Shown here: positions 27,353 to 40,385 of the stretch, piece after piece
Numbering within the stretch: position 1 is the stretch's first letter
Layout of the letters: each line of letters starts with the position of its first letter
Origin: Felis catus
Lineage: Eukaryota
Length of the DNA: 64,000 nucleotides
Assembly: GCF_018350175.1 (NCBI RefSeq)
Contig: NC_058377.1
Coordinates: 62,000,001-62,064,000 of the forward strand
Direction: 5' to 3'
The notes under the pieces: generated by a model
Databases searched by the model: none
What the model was told of the DNA's origin: nothing
What the model saw: only the letters and a program-made list of their open reading frames with translations
Program-made: the position numbers and the translations under genes

Positions 27353-29494
27353 GTTGCATCTGCTGCAGGAGGGGAGCAAGACCTATGAGTTCCCCTAGGC
27401 TTTTATCTCTTGTCCATGTGAATGGTCTCAGTAGGAGAGATAAGGATTTCATCATCTGAAAGGTCTGAGGGTGTGAGGGGGGTTGGAAAGGGACAGGGCG
27501 GGGCATGGGAGGAGAGGGCTGTGCTTCCAGAGAAGGGCTGAAAGTGTGTTTGTGCTTCCAGAGAAGGGCTGGAAGTGACTTTTTTACACAAACAAGATCT
27601 TTCTCGTCGTGTTCTCAAGCTGAGATCTGTCCTCCATCTGCTGGGCCCTCCTGTCCACATAGATTAAGACTAACCTGAGACACACTGAGGGGGCCTTGGG
27701 ATGGGTCTCTTTCAGGAGGGACTATGGTCTTTCCCTCAGCTTTAAGGGAGGAATACTCTAGAGGAAAATGTAACCCTACCTGCTCCATCTCCAGGACAGA
27801 AGCCATTTATTTAATTAAGTGACCTTGGATGCAGGCCAAGCTGTGAACCTGGGGGGATTGCTTCAGCAGCACAGTGCTGGCTGCTCTGCTCTGTGCCCTC
27901 TCACACCTAGAAGTCTGTCCTCCTCACTGTTCTGAGCACTCTATATGTTTCCATCCCACCCAACTAGTATTCAAATGTATCTGCTAATTCAAGCTCCGGA
28001 TGTCAGCAACCTTCACTCCCTGTCCTTCAAGAGAGCCCCCTCCCAATATCTTCTTGTCAAGCCTCTGGTCCTCTGGGCCTGGTACCTGGGGTACCCTAAA
28101 GAAAAGGAAGAATTGATCCTGAGTCATAGCTCAGTGTTCCTAGGGCTGGCCACCAGAAATTACCCCTTTCTCTTCCACTGTGTCTACTGAGAACTTCCCA
28201 GGAAGTGGTGAGTCTCAAACCCCCAAATACCTAAGAGGATGTCAGCTTCCTATGAAGACTGCATTTTCCCATTGAGAAATTTGTATCCCTTATTATTTTC
28301 CTACTTATCATTGCAACCCCAATTCAGATATCATAGACATTCAGCATAAAGGCCATTTGCTAATGCATCCTGTACTTTATAGCCCTTTGCCCAGCACATA
28401 ATACCTACTAGAGAAAGGCATATGAAGTCTCTACTTTTCCTCCTAGGAAAAGGATGAGAGAGCTTAAGTGAATGGATGACTCCAGGAAGAAATGCCTTGG
28501 ACTCTCTTGGGCAATCCTTGATGAGAGACCATACCTTCATCTTGCTTTACAGATTTTCACCTTCTGACTCCCTGCTCATGGCCTGGGATCCATTCTCCAT
28601 CAGCTCCTGTGGCCTAGCCTCTGTCCCAGAGGAGCCATAGAGGTTAGGGAGGTATGAGAGGAATGAGTTGGGAACCCTAAGCTACATGGAGCAGAAAACC
28701 TATCCTGAATCACTGCGCAGGTGGGTGTTACTAGAACGTTATGGAAAGAGGGATGGAAAGGAGGAAGTATGAAAGAACACAGAGCCTGAAGCACGACAAC
28801 TAGTGCTGGGGTCATCTTCCTATATTCTGCCAATGAAAACTAGTGAGGGGATCTAGCCGGGAGAGCAGGGGAAGGCTCGGCACGTGAGCAGACAGGAGAA
28901 AGAGCTTAGGTGGGCAGCATGGGGTAGTCCACTGCCTTCCCTCCCAGAACCAGCAGCTCTCTCAAGATTTAGGTGTTAGTCTCCAGGTCAGAAAGCACAT
29001 CAATTTCCAGAGCTGTGTGCTCTTTTACTCATATTGCGCCATTTCCTCAGGCCCTCCTGTCTTCATTCCTTCAGCAAACATGGAGTTCCTGCTTAGCGTC
29101 ATGCGCTATACAAAAGGCCCCACTCAGAGCAACCTTTCAGTAATCTGGCCCTGGCTGGTCAGAATGATGGGGAAAGATGAGATCTTGATGACCAGGCTGC
29201 ATCCTGGGCCTCCCTGTTTGCCACAGTCCGGGCCCAGTCTGTTCTATGTGTGTGAGATGCAACTGTGGAGATCAATACAGAGTTAGAAAGAGCAGGAAAA
29301 GTCTATGGACACGGTAGACCCTGGTGGAGAGATGTGTTCAGTGCGCATTCTGTCCACGAGATGGGAACAGGGCTGGGGTGACCATAGCGTCACCTATCGG
29401 CAGATGATGAAGATGCCCTGGTCAGAGCTCTGCTCCAAGGATTGCTGTAGCACTACTTGGCCATCTGACGGCACAGGCTGCAGAAAACATGTGC

Positions 29495-30514
29495 TCATTC
29501 ACTGCTATGGGAGGCCCTCTCAGGGCTTACACCCCTTATGGCCCCGACCCAGCACAATCGAAGCAAGTGCCTGAGCCTCTGAGCGATCTGTTGGGTACGT
29601 ACTCCATAGACCACAGGGTTCAGGGCAGGGGGCACCACCACATACAGGTTAGCCAGTAGGATGTGGATGTGGCCGGGCACCGTGTGGCGGCCGAAACGGT
29701 GGGCCAGGAAAGAGAAGAGAGCGGGTGTGTAGAAGAGAGTGATGACACTGGCATGGGCCCCACAGGTACCCAAGGCTTTGCAGCGGGCACCGTGGGACGG
29801 CAGGCGACAGACAGCACGGAGAATGAAGGCATAGGAAGTGGCGATGAGCCCGAAGTCCAGTGCTGGGGATAGAAGTGTGGTGGCTAGTCCGTACCAAACG
29901 TTGGGGCGCGTGTCACCACATGCCAGCCGAGCCACACCCATGTGTTCACAGTAGGTGTGGGGGAGCTCCCGCTGCCCACAGTAAGGCAGTCTTTGGAGCA
30001 GGGCCACAGGGGGTGCCATGACACAGGCACCACGGGTCACGGCAGCCACCGCCACTCCACCCACCACACGCTGTGTCAGCAATGCCCCATAGCGCAGAGG
30101 CTGACAGATGGCCACATAGCGGTCCACGGCCATGGCCAGGAGCACTGAAGATTCAGCAATGAAGGCCACATGGGTAACAAAGAGCTGAGCTAGGCAGGCC
30201 GCGAAAGAGATCTCTGCTGACAGGCCCCACAGCACAGCCAGAGCTTTGGGTACCGTGGATGTGGCCAGAACCAAGTCAGCAGCTGCCAGAAGCCCCAGCA
30301 GCTGGTACATGGGTGCCTGAAGTGTCTTATCAGCTGCCACCAGCCCCAGTAGAAGGACATTCCCTGCCAAAGCCGCCATGTACAGCAGACATACGGGCAC
30401 CGCAAGCCAGGCATGCAGGGTCTCCAGTCCTGGCACCCCCAGCAGGACAAAGGGACCGGGCCCAGAGATGAGCACAGTCTGGTTGAGAGCAGCCAGTACA
30501 GGATCCATTTCCAT
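29495..30514 (-). CDS. Class I olfactory receptor, family 52 (syntenic position of human OR52V1P), intact, 339 aa (337 aa from ATG 30508)
   Basis: Seven-TM OR motifs: N-glyc NQT, FVLLGVPG, LAGN, LQAPMY, MAVDRYVAICQPLRY, PHTYCEHM, KALGTCGAH, PPALNPVVYGVRT. Splice acceptor ccctgcag| at 30540-30542, just upstream of the ATG. Subfamily assigned by position only. Confidence 0.9.
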   Translation of the reverse strand: MEMDPVLAALNQTVLISGPGPFVLLGVPGLETLHAWLAVPVCLLYMAALAGNVLLLGLVAADKTLQAPMYQLLGLLAAADLVLATSTVPKALAVLWGLSAEISFAACLAQLFVTHVAFIAESSVLLAMAVDRYVAICQPLRYGALLTQRVVGGVAVAAVTRGACVMAPPVALLQRLPYCGQRELPHTYCEHMGVARLACGDTRPNVWYGLATTLLSPALDFGLIATSYAFILRAVCRLPSHGARCKALGTCGAHASVITLFYTPALFSFLAHRFGRHTVPGHIHILLANLYVVVPPALNPVVYGVRTQQIAQRLRHLLRLCWVGAIRGVSPERASHSSE

Positions 30515-33500
30515 CTCCTGGTTCCACTTGGCTCTGTCCCTGCAGGGTATGAATGAGGCCTGTGAGAAGCAATCATCAGTTCCCCCAGAGATTTCAGATA
30601 GGTGGAGGTGAGGGTCCAGCCTTTGGGTACTAAAGCATTTGCTGACAGCCCTATGCTGGCCTATGGATTTCCTAGCCGTCTGTGGGTTTGCTAATGTTTC
30701 CATATGATAAATGAAGGAATCTGGCTTCTGACAGGTCAACAGACCTACTCCAGGATACCCATCTGGTTAATAAAACTAGGATTTGAATCAAAACTCATCT
30801 GATTACAGACCACACTCTTCTGACAGTCATCTCTGGGAGGAATGTCTCCTCAACATCCCAGGCACATGAAAGCATTGGAATATGCTTTTCCTGATGACCC
30901 GTCCCAGAGGAAGTTATTCATGTCAAACAAGCCCAATCTTGCCAACATTGTCTGTGTCCCCCTCTACCCCAGGGAAGCTATAAGTCAGAAGGAAGCATAT
31001 ATGGAATGGCTGTTTTTCCATTCATTCACCCACAGGTGCTCAGACAAAGCTCCTCTTCCAAAGTCCTTTTCCAGAAGCCACTTTATTAGCTCACTTACCC
31101 TCCCAAACAGTATATTCCTTCTAGTTTGTCTAATATTTTGTCCCAGCTTTCAATGGCTTTGAAATTCTTACCTCCAGCGCTATTCATAATAGTTCAAAAT
31201 GCCTGGGTTGTGAAAATTAATTCCTGCTTTGACCAGTGTAGAAACTCATCCCTTGACTCAGCTTTGTGGCTCTTTTTTCTTCTGTTCTTTGTCCATGGAC
31301 AGACCCTTTGGGTTCTGAAGAACTCAGTCTGGAAAAGTTCTGATCACCGGGAGGACAAAGAAGAGCATCAAGGTTTGGCTGCAGTGGAAGGGACTGGGGT
31401 CAGATACCACAATGACAGTGCAGTATGGTGCATCCAATGGTGGATGTGGACAAACTTTACTTACCTGGGTTTAGGTGGATAAGGAACAGCCTAGAAAAAG
31501 GATGCAAGCTAAATGTGCTTTCCACGCTCTTGCTAAAGACCACAGTTATGTCCATGAACTTCATGAGATATTGCATTTGGTATTTTAAGCTGTTCCAGGG
31601 AATGAAGGGGCAGGTGAATGGAGTATACAGTGGTCTGGGCATGGGGGCGGGAAGGATGGCTATCAAGCATTTCATGGTCCATGTGTGCTCTAGGCTTCTC
31701 TGCAGCAGTGCCTCCTGGGCCTTTTTTCACAGCCTTACATTTTGACTCTTGCAGAGAAGTGTTAGGTAATAAACCAGGATAGACTTTCCCAAATAAAAGT
31801 CTTATTGGTTTAGAAACCAGAACTTCTTTCTGAAGAATAAGGCTTTGCCAAGTCATGGGGTCTGGTCTTGACACTCTCATGGTGGGGGACCCGTGGGTTC
31901 CTCTGCACCCTGGGGATGTCATTCTAGGACCAACAAGACAGGGCCAGCCTTTCCAAGGAAAGAAAGATGTCAACACCCTCAGGGCCTGGGAATGTCTCTC
32001 CCCAAACCACAGGACAAACATGACCTGTACCAGACAGGGGCCCCATAAAAAAGTCCTGAACTCAAGGTGTGGACCCTATCAACACACTTCCTTATGGCAA
32101 AATTCCAGGAACAACTGCCCCATATCCCACATGCCAACAGTCCACACTTCTGCTCCTTCCATCTCCTTTCATAGGCTAAGAGAAAGGGGAGAGGGAGAGG
32201 CAAAGACCTTGCTCCCAACCTCCAGCCTCAGCTTCTGCTTTGTGCCTGGCTTTCTATAGACAAAGTTGCGGTTTCTCATCTTTCACTGACTGCTCTGCCC
32301 TCTGCCCAGTCTCACATGGTCTCCAGGCCTCACACGGCTCAGCATCCTCTCTGAGTCAGGAGTTGCCAAGGGACATGCCGAGGGGGTGGAAGTTGGATGC
32401 CTCTCCTCCTGAGCTCCAGGCAGAGCAACGTCTCTGTGCTAAGGGCTGAAGTCCTGGGGCCTCTCCTATGTGCTACCGCATGCATAGTATCACCCTGTCG
32501 TGGGTCCCTTTCCGTGATCAGGACACCAATGCACAAAAAAGCTAGGGTCACACACAGCTGGGATACGGAACAAGGACCCCTGGATCCCAGTCCAGGACTG
32601 CTTCCTCTCCTGTAAGCCTTACCATGTTCCTCACTTGACAGCAATTTCCCTCTGGGCAGGAGAGGCCGCCTCTGCCACTCACACAGACTCTGCACATCAT
32701 CTGGTCCTGGGTCTCACTTCCACGCTGAGGGTGTCCTCACTCTGACTCCATTCATACATGCACACCTTTGTACTGGCAGGGTCACTGGGGGCGCACAGAC
32801 CTGCCTGCACCTGCTGCAGACTGAGACCCGTCCCCTTCCATCATCAATGCCTCCGCCCCGTGGGTTCCAGGCCAGAGCCCGGGTCCTCCCTCGCCCTTTG
32901 CTATGGATCCTTCTCAGGGAGCCTCCCTGTCCTCAGAGTGGCTCACGTACTGTGTCCTACCCAAGGGGCTTGAGGGACAAGTTTCCCCTCCAGGGAAGAG
33001 CAGAACAAGAACATAGTAAATGTGGCTGGCAGCAGTAAGACAAAAAGAAGGCAGAAGGGAAGAGTTCCAGAACTGAACTCTGGCAACATGAGTTCGCCAC
33101 TATGAACCTGAATTGACTGAGCACTTTGAACCTCCATTTAATCAGAATTTGACATGCCACCCTGATTGTGGAGGGGAGAGGAATGAGAGGGAAAGCCAGC
33201 ACAAAGGTCCATTTTTCTTGTTCCCAGTATTCCCACGTCAGCACAGCCGTTTAGATCTAGAGAGGGCTCCGAGGCCGTGTTATCTCGGTTCAAACCCTAA
33301 TTATTCCACAAACGAGCTGTGTGACTTTGTACAAGATGCTCAACTGCTCTATGCCTTTATTTCTTTTACCTAAACTAGGGATAAGAATAAAGGCACCAAC
33401 AGTACAGGAATCCTTGAAGGATAAATAAATAACATGTAAAGCAGTTCTCCCTGGATGACAGTGAATCCCCATACATGTCAAATAATATGGACATAATTAT

Positions 33501-35943
33501 TTGAAGCACTTGTATTGTTTCTTGAGCCCGTTCCTACTGAGCTCCTTTCCAGTGAGATCATAGCTCTCAACTTTATCATCTGAACATCCACCCTTTAAAT
33601 TACCTTAAAAAAAAATAAAACAAACCCCAAACTGTGAGTTGGAGACTGAAGGAAGTGTATCTGAAAGCAATGTGATCCCATGTAAGGAAAAAATAATGGC
33701 TAAAAGACCGCGTAGAGTATCAGATTAGACGGCATCAACCAAAGAAAGAACCTTCTTGCAGGACGGAGCCAATAAAAGGGGGCTGAACACAAGACTGCTT
33801 CCACATAAAAAAGAATGTGGTGGTGCTGTCCTCTAATCCCTACTCCTGGTCCCCAGCCCACACTTTCCACATTTTTCTGACCCAGAAAGGGTGAGACGGG
33901 GTTGCTGATACCTCACCCTCAGTTCTGAAACTTAACGGCCACGGTGGCCTCTGCCTCGTGCTCTCCTTTGCACCCCCAAGTTGTTCTCTGAAAAAGAGTC
34001 TGAACCACCTATTTCCGTCAGGACAAAGAGGCTTCTCAGACCATCCCATGGGGATGGGCATTTTAGCAGCACCTTCAGTGCTTGGCTCACTGTGGGATAA
34101 ATCCAGGTAGATCACAGGGAGGAGACCTTTTCAGGAGCCCCACACCCTGTCTAGGGGGTGCCTGATCTCGGCTGATGAATTCCTGCTGCTGAGGGGTCGG
34201 GAGCTCTCACCTCTCTGCTGCAGAGGTGCGATTAGAGACGAGGAAGGGCATCCAGCCTCCACGTACCCAGTGCTGCCTCAGTCCCTACTGCTCCAGCTGG
34301 TCCATTCAGGAGTCAGTGCACTGGTGACCAGGGAGACTCCACGGGGACTCCCGGGGCAAGCCTGGGGGAGAGCAGGGATGGGTGGGATGGATTTATGGGT
34401 CGCTTCTCGGGGCCCTCGGGAGGGCTTGGACCCTGCATCCCTGGTGGGGGATTGAGAAGCTGCTGGTCACAGCTGTGCACTGTTAATGAGGAATTAGCAG
34501 CGGTCTGCAGTCCTGTCTGCCGACTTTCCTGGTCCCAGGTCTCTATACCTGACGGGCTCCTGGGCTCAGGACCCAGGAGAGGAAGAGACCAGGCAGGACC
34601 ACTGGAAGGGGCACAGAGAACTCAGATGGAGACGTGCCTCGCCACACACAAATAACACACCCGAGTGCCACCCAGACACGGGCCGTCATCGTCACTTGGC
34701 ATCCTTTCTGCCCCCCAGCCCTATAAACAGACAAAGAAGTGTGATGGGAAGAGCCTGGGCTGTTGAGTCCTGCAGACGGGGAATGATTAAGGCTCCACTA
34801 CCAGACAGCCTGCAGCAAGTTACTTAAGATTTCCGACCCCAGTGTTTTCCTTTGTACAATGAGGATTCCCGGATCTTCCCAAACAGGTGATGTGAAGATG
34901 AGCAGCGAGCGTGGAGCCCCAGCAGGTGCCTGTGTTAGGACAGCAGACACCACATCAGTCAAGGCCGTGGCTTGCAGAGTCAGCTGAGGAAAACTGGCCT
35001 GCTGGGCCCACATGGGGTCCTGCCCGGCCCTTCCTTTCACAACATAATTCCTTTCACAACATCGCCCCTCCCTCAAAAGTGCCCTCCCTTCCACGTAGCA
35101 GGGCCTGAGAGGATGCGGTAACGACAGGTCTTTCACGGTATTTCCTCCACGGCGTGGATTTTTTTGGAGACCTAGTTTGAATGAATTGTTTTCTGTTCAC
35201 ACTGTCACAGAACAAACTTACAGGTTATCAAAACAATTCTCTACTATTGTAAAAGTGTCTTTTAATATTCTAGAACAGTCCAGTAACCGCCTCTCATGTC
35301 CAGCCTTTCCCTTGTGGAGTCATTGTGGGTGCGTTGTAACGGGAACTCTAAAAGCAGCTGTTGATATAAGGCGAGGGACTGTCAACAGCGAGCCCACTGT
35401 GCAAACATGGTGATTTCTTCCTAAGAGTCCTAAATGAGGAATCCACCCTGCACTTGTGGTTGCCGTAGGCCGGCTGCCCATTTTGCAATGACAGCACGGC
35501 ACCACATGTTTGGGAACTGGGTCATGTTACAGAAGCCAACTCACAGAGCAAATAAAGCTTTAAAGTATTTTTCGTTGCCCAACATCATAATTTTATTATA
35601 TGTGTGATTTGCACATAGCAGTGACTTGAAGGAGGAGTTATTCTTTCTAAAGTTGCCAACAAACCCAACTAACTCTGAACTGATATAAAACTATGAAGGA
35701 TACAAATACCAACAAAGGCTTTACGTTTGGTGTCGAAGTTGTTCTGATGGAACAGTGGCAGCAATGGACAAGAACTGCAGTGCTAACAAGATTGTAACAA
35801 GCTTACATCAGAAGTCTTGTTAGGAAAAATGGAGCAGCTAAACAGAATAAGGAATAAGAATGGGGAATTGTAAAAATGTGTTAACTCCAGATGACTGTCT
35901 TCCTTGTGTGATAGCCCCGAAGCTGATTAAAACCACAGCGGAT

Positions 35944-36160
35944 GGGGCGCCTGGGTGGCTTGGTCGGTTAAGCGTCCGACTTCGGCTCAGGTCATGATCT
36001 CACGGTCCGTGAGTTCGAGCCCCGCGTCGGGCTCTGTGCTGACAGCTCGGAGCCTGGAGCCTGTTTCGGATTCTGTGTCTCCCTCTCTCTCTCTGCCCCT
36101 CCCCTGTTCATGCTCTGTCTCTCTCTGTCTCAAAAATAAATAAACATTAAAAAAAAAAAA
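35944..36160 (+). mobile_element. CAN-SINE (duplicated at 61796-62012)
   Basis: ggggcgcctgggtggcttggtcggttaagcg...aaacattaaaaaaa. Confidence 0.93.
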
Positions 36161-36214
36161 ACACAGCAGAGTGACTGTTATTTTTTAATGCCTTATAAAA
36201 TAGTTTTAAACTTT

Positions 36215-36785
36215 TTTTTAGTTTATTTTTTTCAAATTTATATCCGAATTAGCTAGCATGTAGTGCAACAATGATTTCAGGAGTGAATTCCTTAATGCCC
36301 CCTATGCATTTAGCCCTTCCCCCCTCCTACAGCCCTTCCAGTAACCCTCTGTTTGGTCTCCATATTTATGAGTCTCTCCTGTTTTGTCCCCCTCCCTGTT
36401 TTTATATTATTTTTTCCCTTCCCTTATGTTCATCTATTTTGCCTCTTAAAGCCCTCATATGAGTGAAGTCATATGATTTCTGTCTTTCTCTGACTAATGT
36501 CACTTAGCATAATACCCTCTAGTTCCATCCACGTAGTTGCAAGTGGCAAGATTTCATTATTTTTGATTGCCAAATAATACTCCATTATATATGTATACCA
36601 CATCTTCTTTATCCATTCATCATCGATGGACATTCGGGCTCTTTCCATACTTGAGCTATTGTTGAAAGCATTGCTATAACCATGGGGGTGCGTGTGTCTC
36701 TTCGAAACAGCACACCTGTATCCCTTGGGTAAATACCTAGTAGTGCAATTGCTGGGTCGTAAGATAATTCTATTTTTAGATTTTT
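36215..36785 (-). mobile_element. L1 3'-end fragment (duplicated at 62067-62637)
   Basis: Reverse complement of the same L1 3'UTR seen at 20230-20820. Confidence 0.88.
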
Positions 36786-38360
36786 AGGACATATTAATTT
36801 TTAAAATGTTTTAAATTAAAAAAAATTTACTTTAACATTCCATACAGATTTAGCTGAGAGACATAAATGTCAATAATACACCATTACTGATGAATCTCTA
36901 AGTAACCATAATTAATATCTCTATGCAATTATTTTAATCAACACATTGGCTCTTAGAGATATGCATATATACCTACTTAAAGAATTATAAAATTCAATGG
37001 ACATTTGAATTTCTATGTATTTTTTGTAATCATCAAATAGGTAGTGAGATAAACTTGCAGTTCCATTTAGAATTTAGAAATATTTGATTTTATTTTTTAA
37101 ATTGAGTTTTTTACCTGTTGAATTTTATTTATTTATTTATTTATTTATTTGAAAGTATAGGTTCAAAGTGGCAGGTATATAACATAAAAATCTCCAACTG
37201 CCTCCTTACCTCTAAGACAGACATTGAAATCTATTCCATTCCTCATTTTTAATAAGCCCTACATTATTCTTCTGAGCACAAACCTACATTTAGTTGTCAT
37301 TTTCTTACAATATAAGACATAAGTACACTATCCGGTCTAGGTACAGTGTGCAAGTGTCTGGCTAAGGTGCGGGTAAACAGGACGGTGGGGTGACTAGGCA
37401 TCGAGAGCTAAAATATAAGAGGCAACACAATGGAATCACAGACAGCTTGAGAATGGTCACATGTGGAAAGTTTGGAGGAGAGGGTTTAGAGAGACACATT
37501 CATGGATCCCTATATCTGTAGAATACAGCTCTAAATTCTGATGATGGGATAATAAGACGGTTTCATCCCCCATTGATAAGGTCAACGTATTTTATATTTA
37601 ATATAAGGGATGGGGAATTTATAAAAACAACGTATAGGAAACGATAACTTACGTATGAGAAAGTTACCTGCTGATATTTGCATAATTATTGTCTTTTAAA
37701 TCCAACCACAACACATAATTTCATTCCTAGTCTGACACTGGAACGGAATGTTTGCAGCCAGTGTCACCACAAAGAGCCATTGGGGCAGCCGGGGAGGAGA
37801 TCGGACCTTGAGGGAAGAGAAACACCAGACTTAACCTGTTTTTTCCTCCAATGCACAGTACAGTGGAGGGAGGATTTTAAATGACAATGATGAGCTCAGA
37901 GTTGCACATGCTGCTGAGATTCTGCTTCCAGATGAGAACGGCAGTGGTAATTAGTCAACTACTAACCTGACATTAGATTAGTATTTTACAGTCTGCTATC
38001 CACGTTGATCTACATTTTTCATGTACTCCTAATACCAAGCCTATGAAGTAGGAAAACACACTGAGATTTATCAGGATGCTCTTTTGAAAACTGAGATAGA
38101 GAGTTACCAGAAAAGAGGCCATAAGTCACAGAAATAAATGAACTGTCCTGGGAAAGAAGTAGAAACATAATAACATATAACTGGCCCAAAGATAGTGGGA
38201 GAGGGTAAGGGAGACAGTGCAGGAGACAATTGCTTCCTATGTTGGTTTTTCTAGGTCTTTAGGCTTTCATGTGAGCCATTCATGCCTGTTGGTGAATAAC
38301 CACGAGTTTGACTCCCTACCACAATGAAATGAATATGTACTCTTAAGTTAGCTCAGTCTA

Positions 38361-38522
38361 GGGACGCCTGGGTGGCTCAGTCGGTTAGGAGTCCAACTTC
38401 AGCTCAGTTCATGATCTCCTGGTTCACAAGTTTGAGCCCTGATTCAGGTTCTGTACAGACAGCTCAGAGACTGGAGCCTGCTCTGGATTTTGTGTCTCTG
38501 TCTCTGCCCCTTTCCTGCTAGT

Positions 38523-38567
<45 letters not shown>

Positions 38568-38620
38568 AATAAATAAATTTATGAAATAATAATAAATAAA
38601 AATAATAAAAATACAAAATA
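38361..38620 (+). mobile_element. CAN-SINE with expanded (CT)n
   Basis: gggacgcctgggtggctcagtcgg...(ct)n caaaaataaata; tagctcag flanks both ends. Confidence 0.9.
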
Positions 38621-40385
38621 AATAGCTCAGAATCTATTTATTTACTATGTCTTCCTTGGTAAACTTTAAAAATAAAAGCATTGGCTAATCCATGTTCTCA
38701 GCAGAATGGAAATAATCAGAAGAGAGTAAAAGATCATCTCTTCAGGGCATTTCTAGCAGCTGGCACAGAAAGCAGGCTCCTCCCTTAGAAGGATGTGGCT
38801 TAATTTATGACAAGAGGCTTCACAGAAAGAAGAAAAATGGGCTCTGATATTCCTACTCATGTTTTCTTTTTTACGAGAGTGAGGTTATGTCAAGTGGGGA
38901 AAACTCTGAACTGGGGCTTGGCAGAGTCTAGTGTAGCTCCACATTGATGACCGCCCCGCTGTGTGCCTTGGAAAAGTCACGTTCACTCTGCTGGCATCAG
39001 TTTCCTCCTCCTACAATGAGGTTCCGATGATTCCAGCCCCACAGGACCCGGCCACGCTCCCCCCTCCTCCCTGCTCCTGCATCCCCGCCTCGCTCTGCTC
39101 CAGACACGCTGGCCTCCGCTCTGTGCACAGTCACGTCACACTGTGTCCTGCCCCAGGGCCTTTGCCTTTGCTGTCCTCGCTGCCCTATCCTCCTCGTCCA
39201 CTTGTAGTGCATCACTGTATTCGCTGCATTTTTCCATCGGTTACATCCCTCTTTGAAGGTGTAGAACTTGTTCTCTCGTTTCTCGTGTGTCACTCTCCTG
39301 AGAATATAAGCTCCACAAACGCAGGGCAGAGTCTTTGTGTCGTTAACCTTCATTTCCCGAATGCTTAGAACCGTGTTGCAATACAGTGAGTACCCAACAA
39401 ATAATTCCACATCGGCGGATAATGGTCAAAAGAAGAAAAAAGATTTATTGTAAGAACTCTAGATCTTTTTGTGAACACAGCAGTGTTGTCTCTAATGTAA
39501 TCCTGTGGAACTAGATGCATCTTACCATGGATGCATCACTTTCTTGTAGATTTTCTCTCCTCATCCCCCTTCACTGCACTGATGTGTCTTGTAATTGATT
39601 CTCTCTTCCAGTCCAGGAAACACACTCTGTCGATAAAAGTCCCACAGGTCTTCTGCAAATGGGGTTAAACATCTACTTTGCGTTCTCACTGAACTGGCTT
39701 TAGATCTCCTGGCACATCTCTGCAGCTCACTTTCTCAGTGTCTTGGAGCCTAGAAGCTCCTCTCTTCTGCCAGCACTGGAGCTAGAATGCAGGTGTTGAG
39801 AAATACATGCTCTCTCCTCCCCGTCACAGCACTGCTGGTTGATCGTGCTGCTCCTAGCTCTGGTACTGAATGATTTTATGTGTGTGTCTGTTGGGGGGAG
39901 AGGGAATATAAAGTGAATGGCAGAAGCACATGATGAACACTAGTGACAACTGAATATTATCATAAATGTCCTAAATCCATCTACCAATCCCCTCAATAAT
40001 GAGTTATTTGTTGATATTTTCACTTTTAGTCTCACTTCCTCAGGGTCTCTGTTGTGCATAACACACTTTTCTCTCTCCACAGAGTCAAATGTCAATTTCC
40101 AAATTTGTATTCCTTTGTCCATTTACGCTAAGTCAGCTCTCTGTTTTCACCTCTTCTTCTTGATCATATCCTATACAACTTCATATTCCAGAAGCAAACA
40201 CACCATCAAGGATTTTTTTATGTATAGAATAATGAAAGTCCTTTAAAGAGACCACACCATTTTCCTTGTATGCAAAAGCACCTGCAGGCAGTTCTCACTT
40301 CAATTAGAATTAGCTATTTTCTCAGTCTTGCTACATTAATATCCCCTATACAATGATATCTGCTTTTCCATAGCACATTGAAACA

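Larger units (their letters stand above)
32310..38148 (+). repeat. Segmental duplication, copy 1
   Basis: Ungapped match to 58162-64000 at constant offset 25,852; identical ORF series in the track. Confidence 0.98.

Noticed and set aside
26923-27459. 178-aa plus-strand ORF and the overlapping 100-aa minus-strand ORF
   Set aside because: No recognisable domain; the signal-peptide exon lies in a different minus-strand frame.
28730-28815. Alternative hydrophobic first exon for OLFM5 (MTPALVVVLQALCSFIL...)
   Set aside because: Poor donor (CTA|GTAACA) and a weaker signal peptide than the 27284-27352 exon.
30515-30739. 75-aa N-terminal extension of the 414-aa OR ORF
   Set aside because: Starts at a non-ATG codon and crosses a clear splice acceptor at 30540-30542; it is likely intronic sequence that happens to be open.
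31533-32259. 162-aa and 134-aa ORFs upstream of the OR52V-like gene
   Set aside because: No homology or domain pattern recognised; likely chance ORFs in UTR or intergenic DNA.
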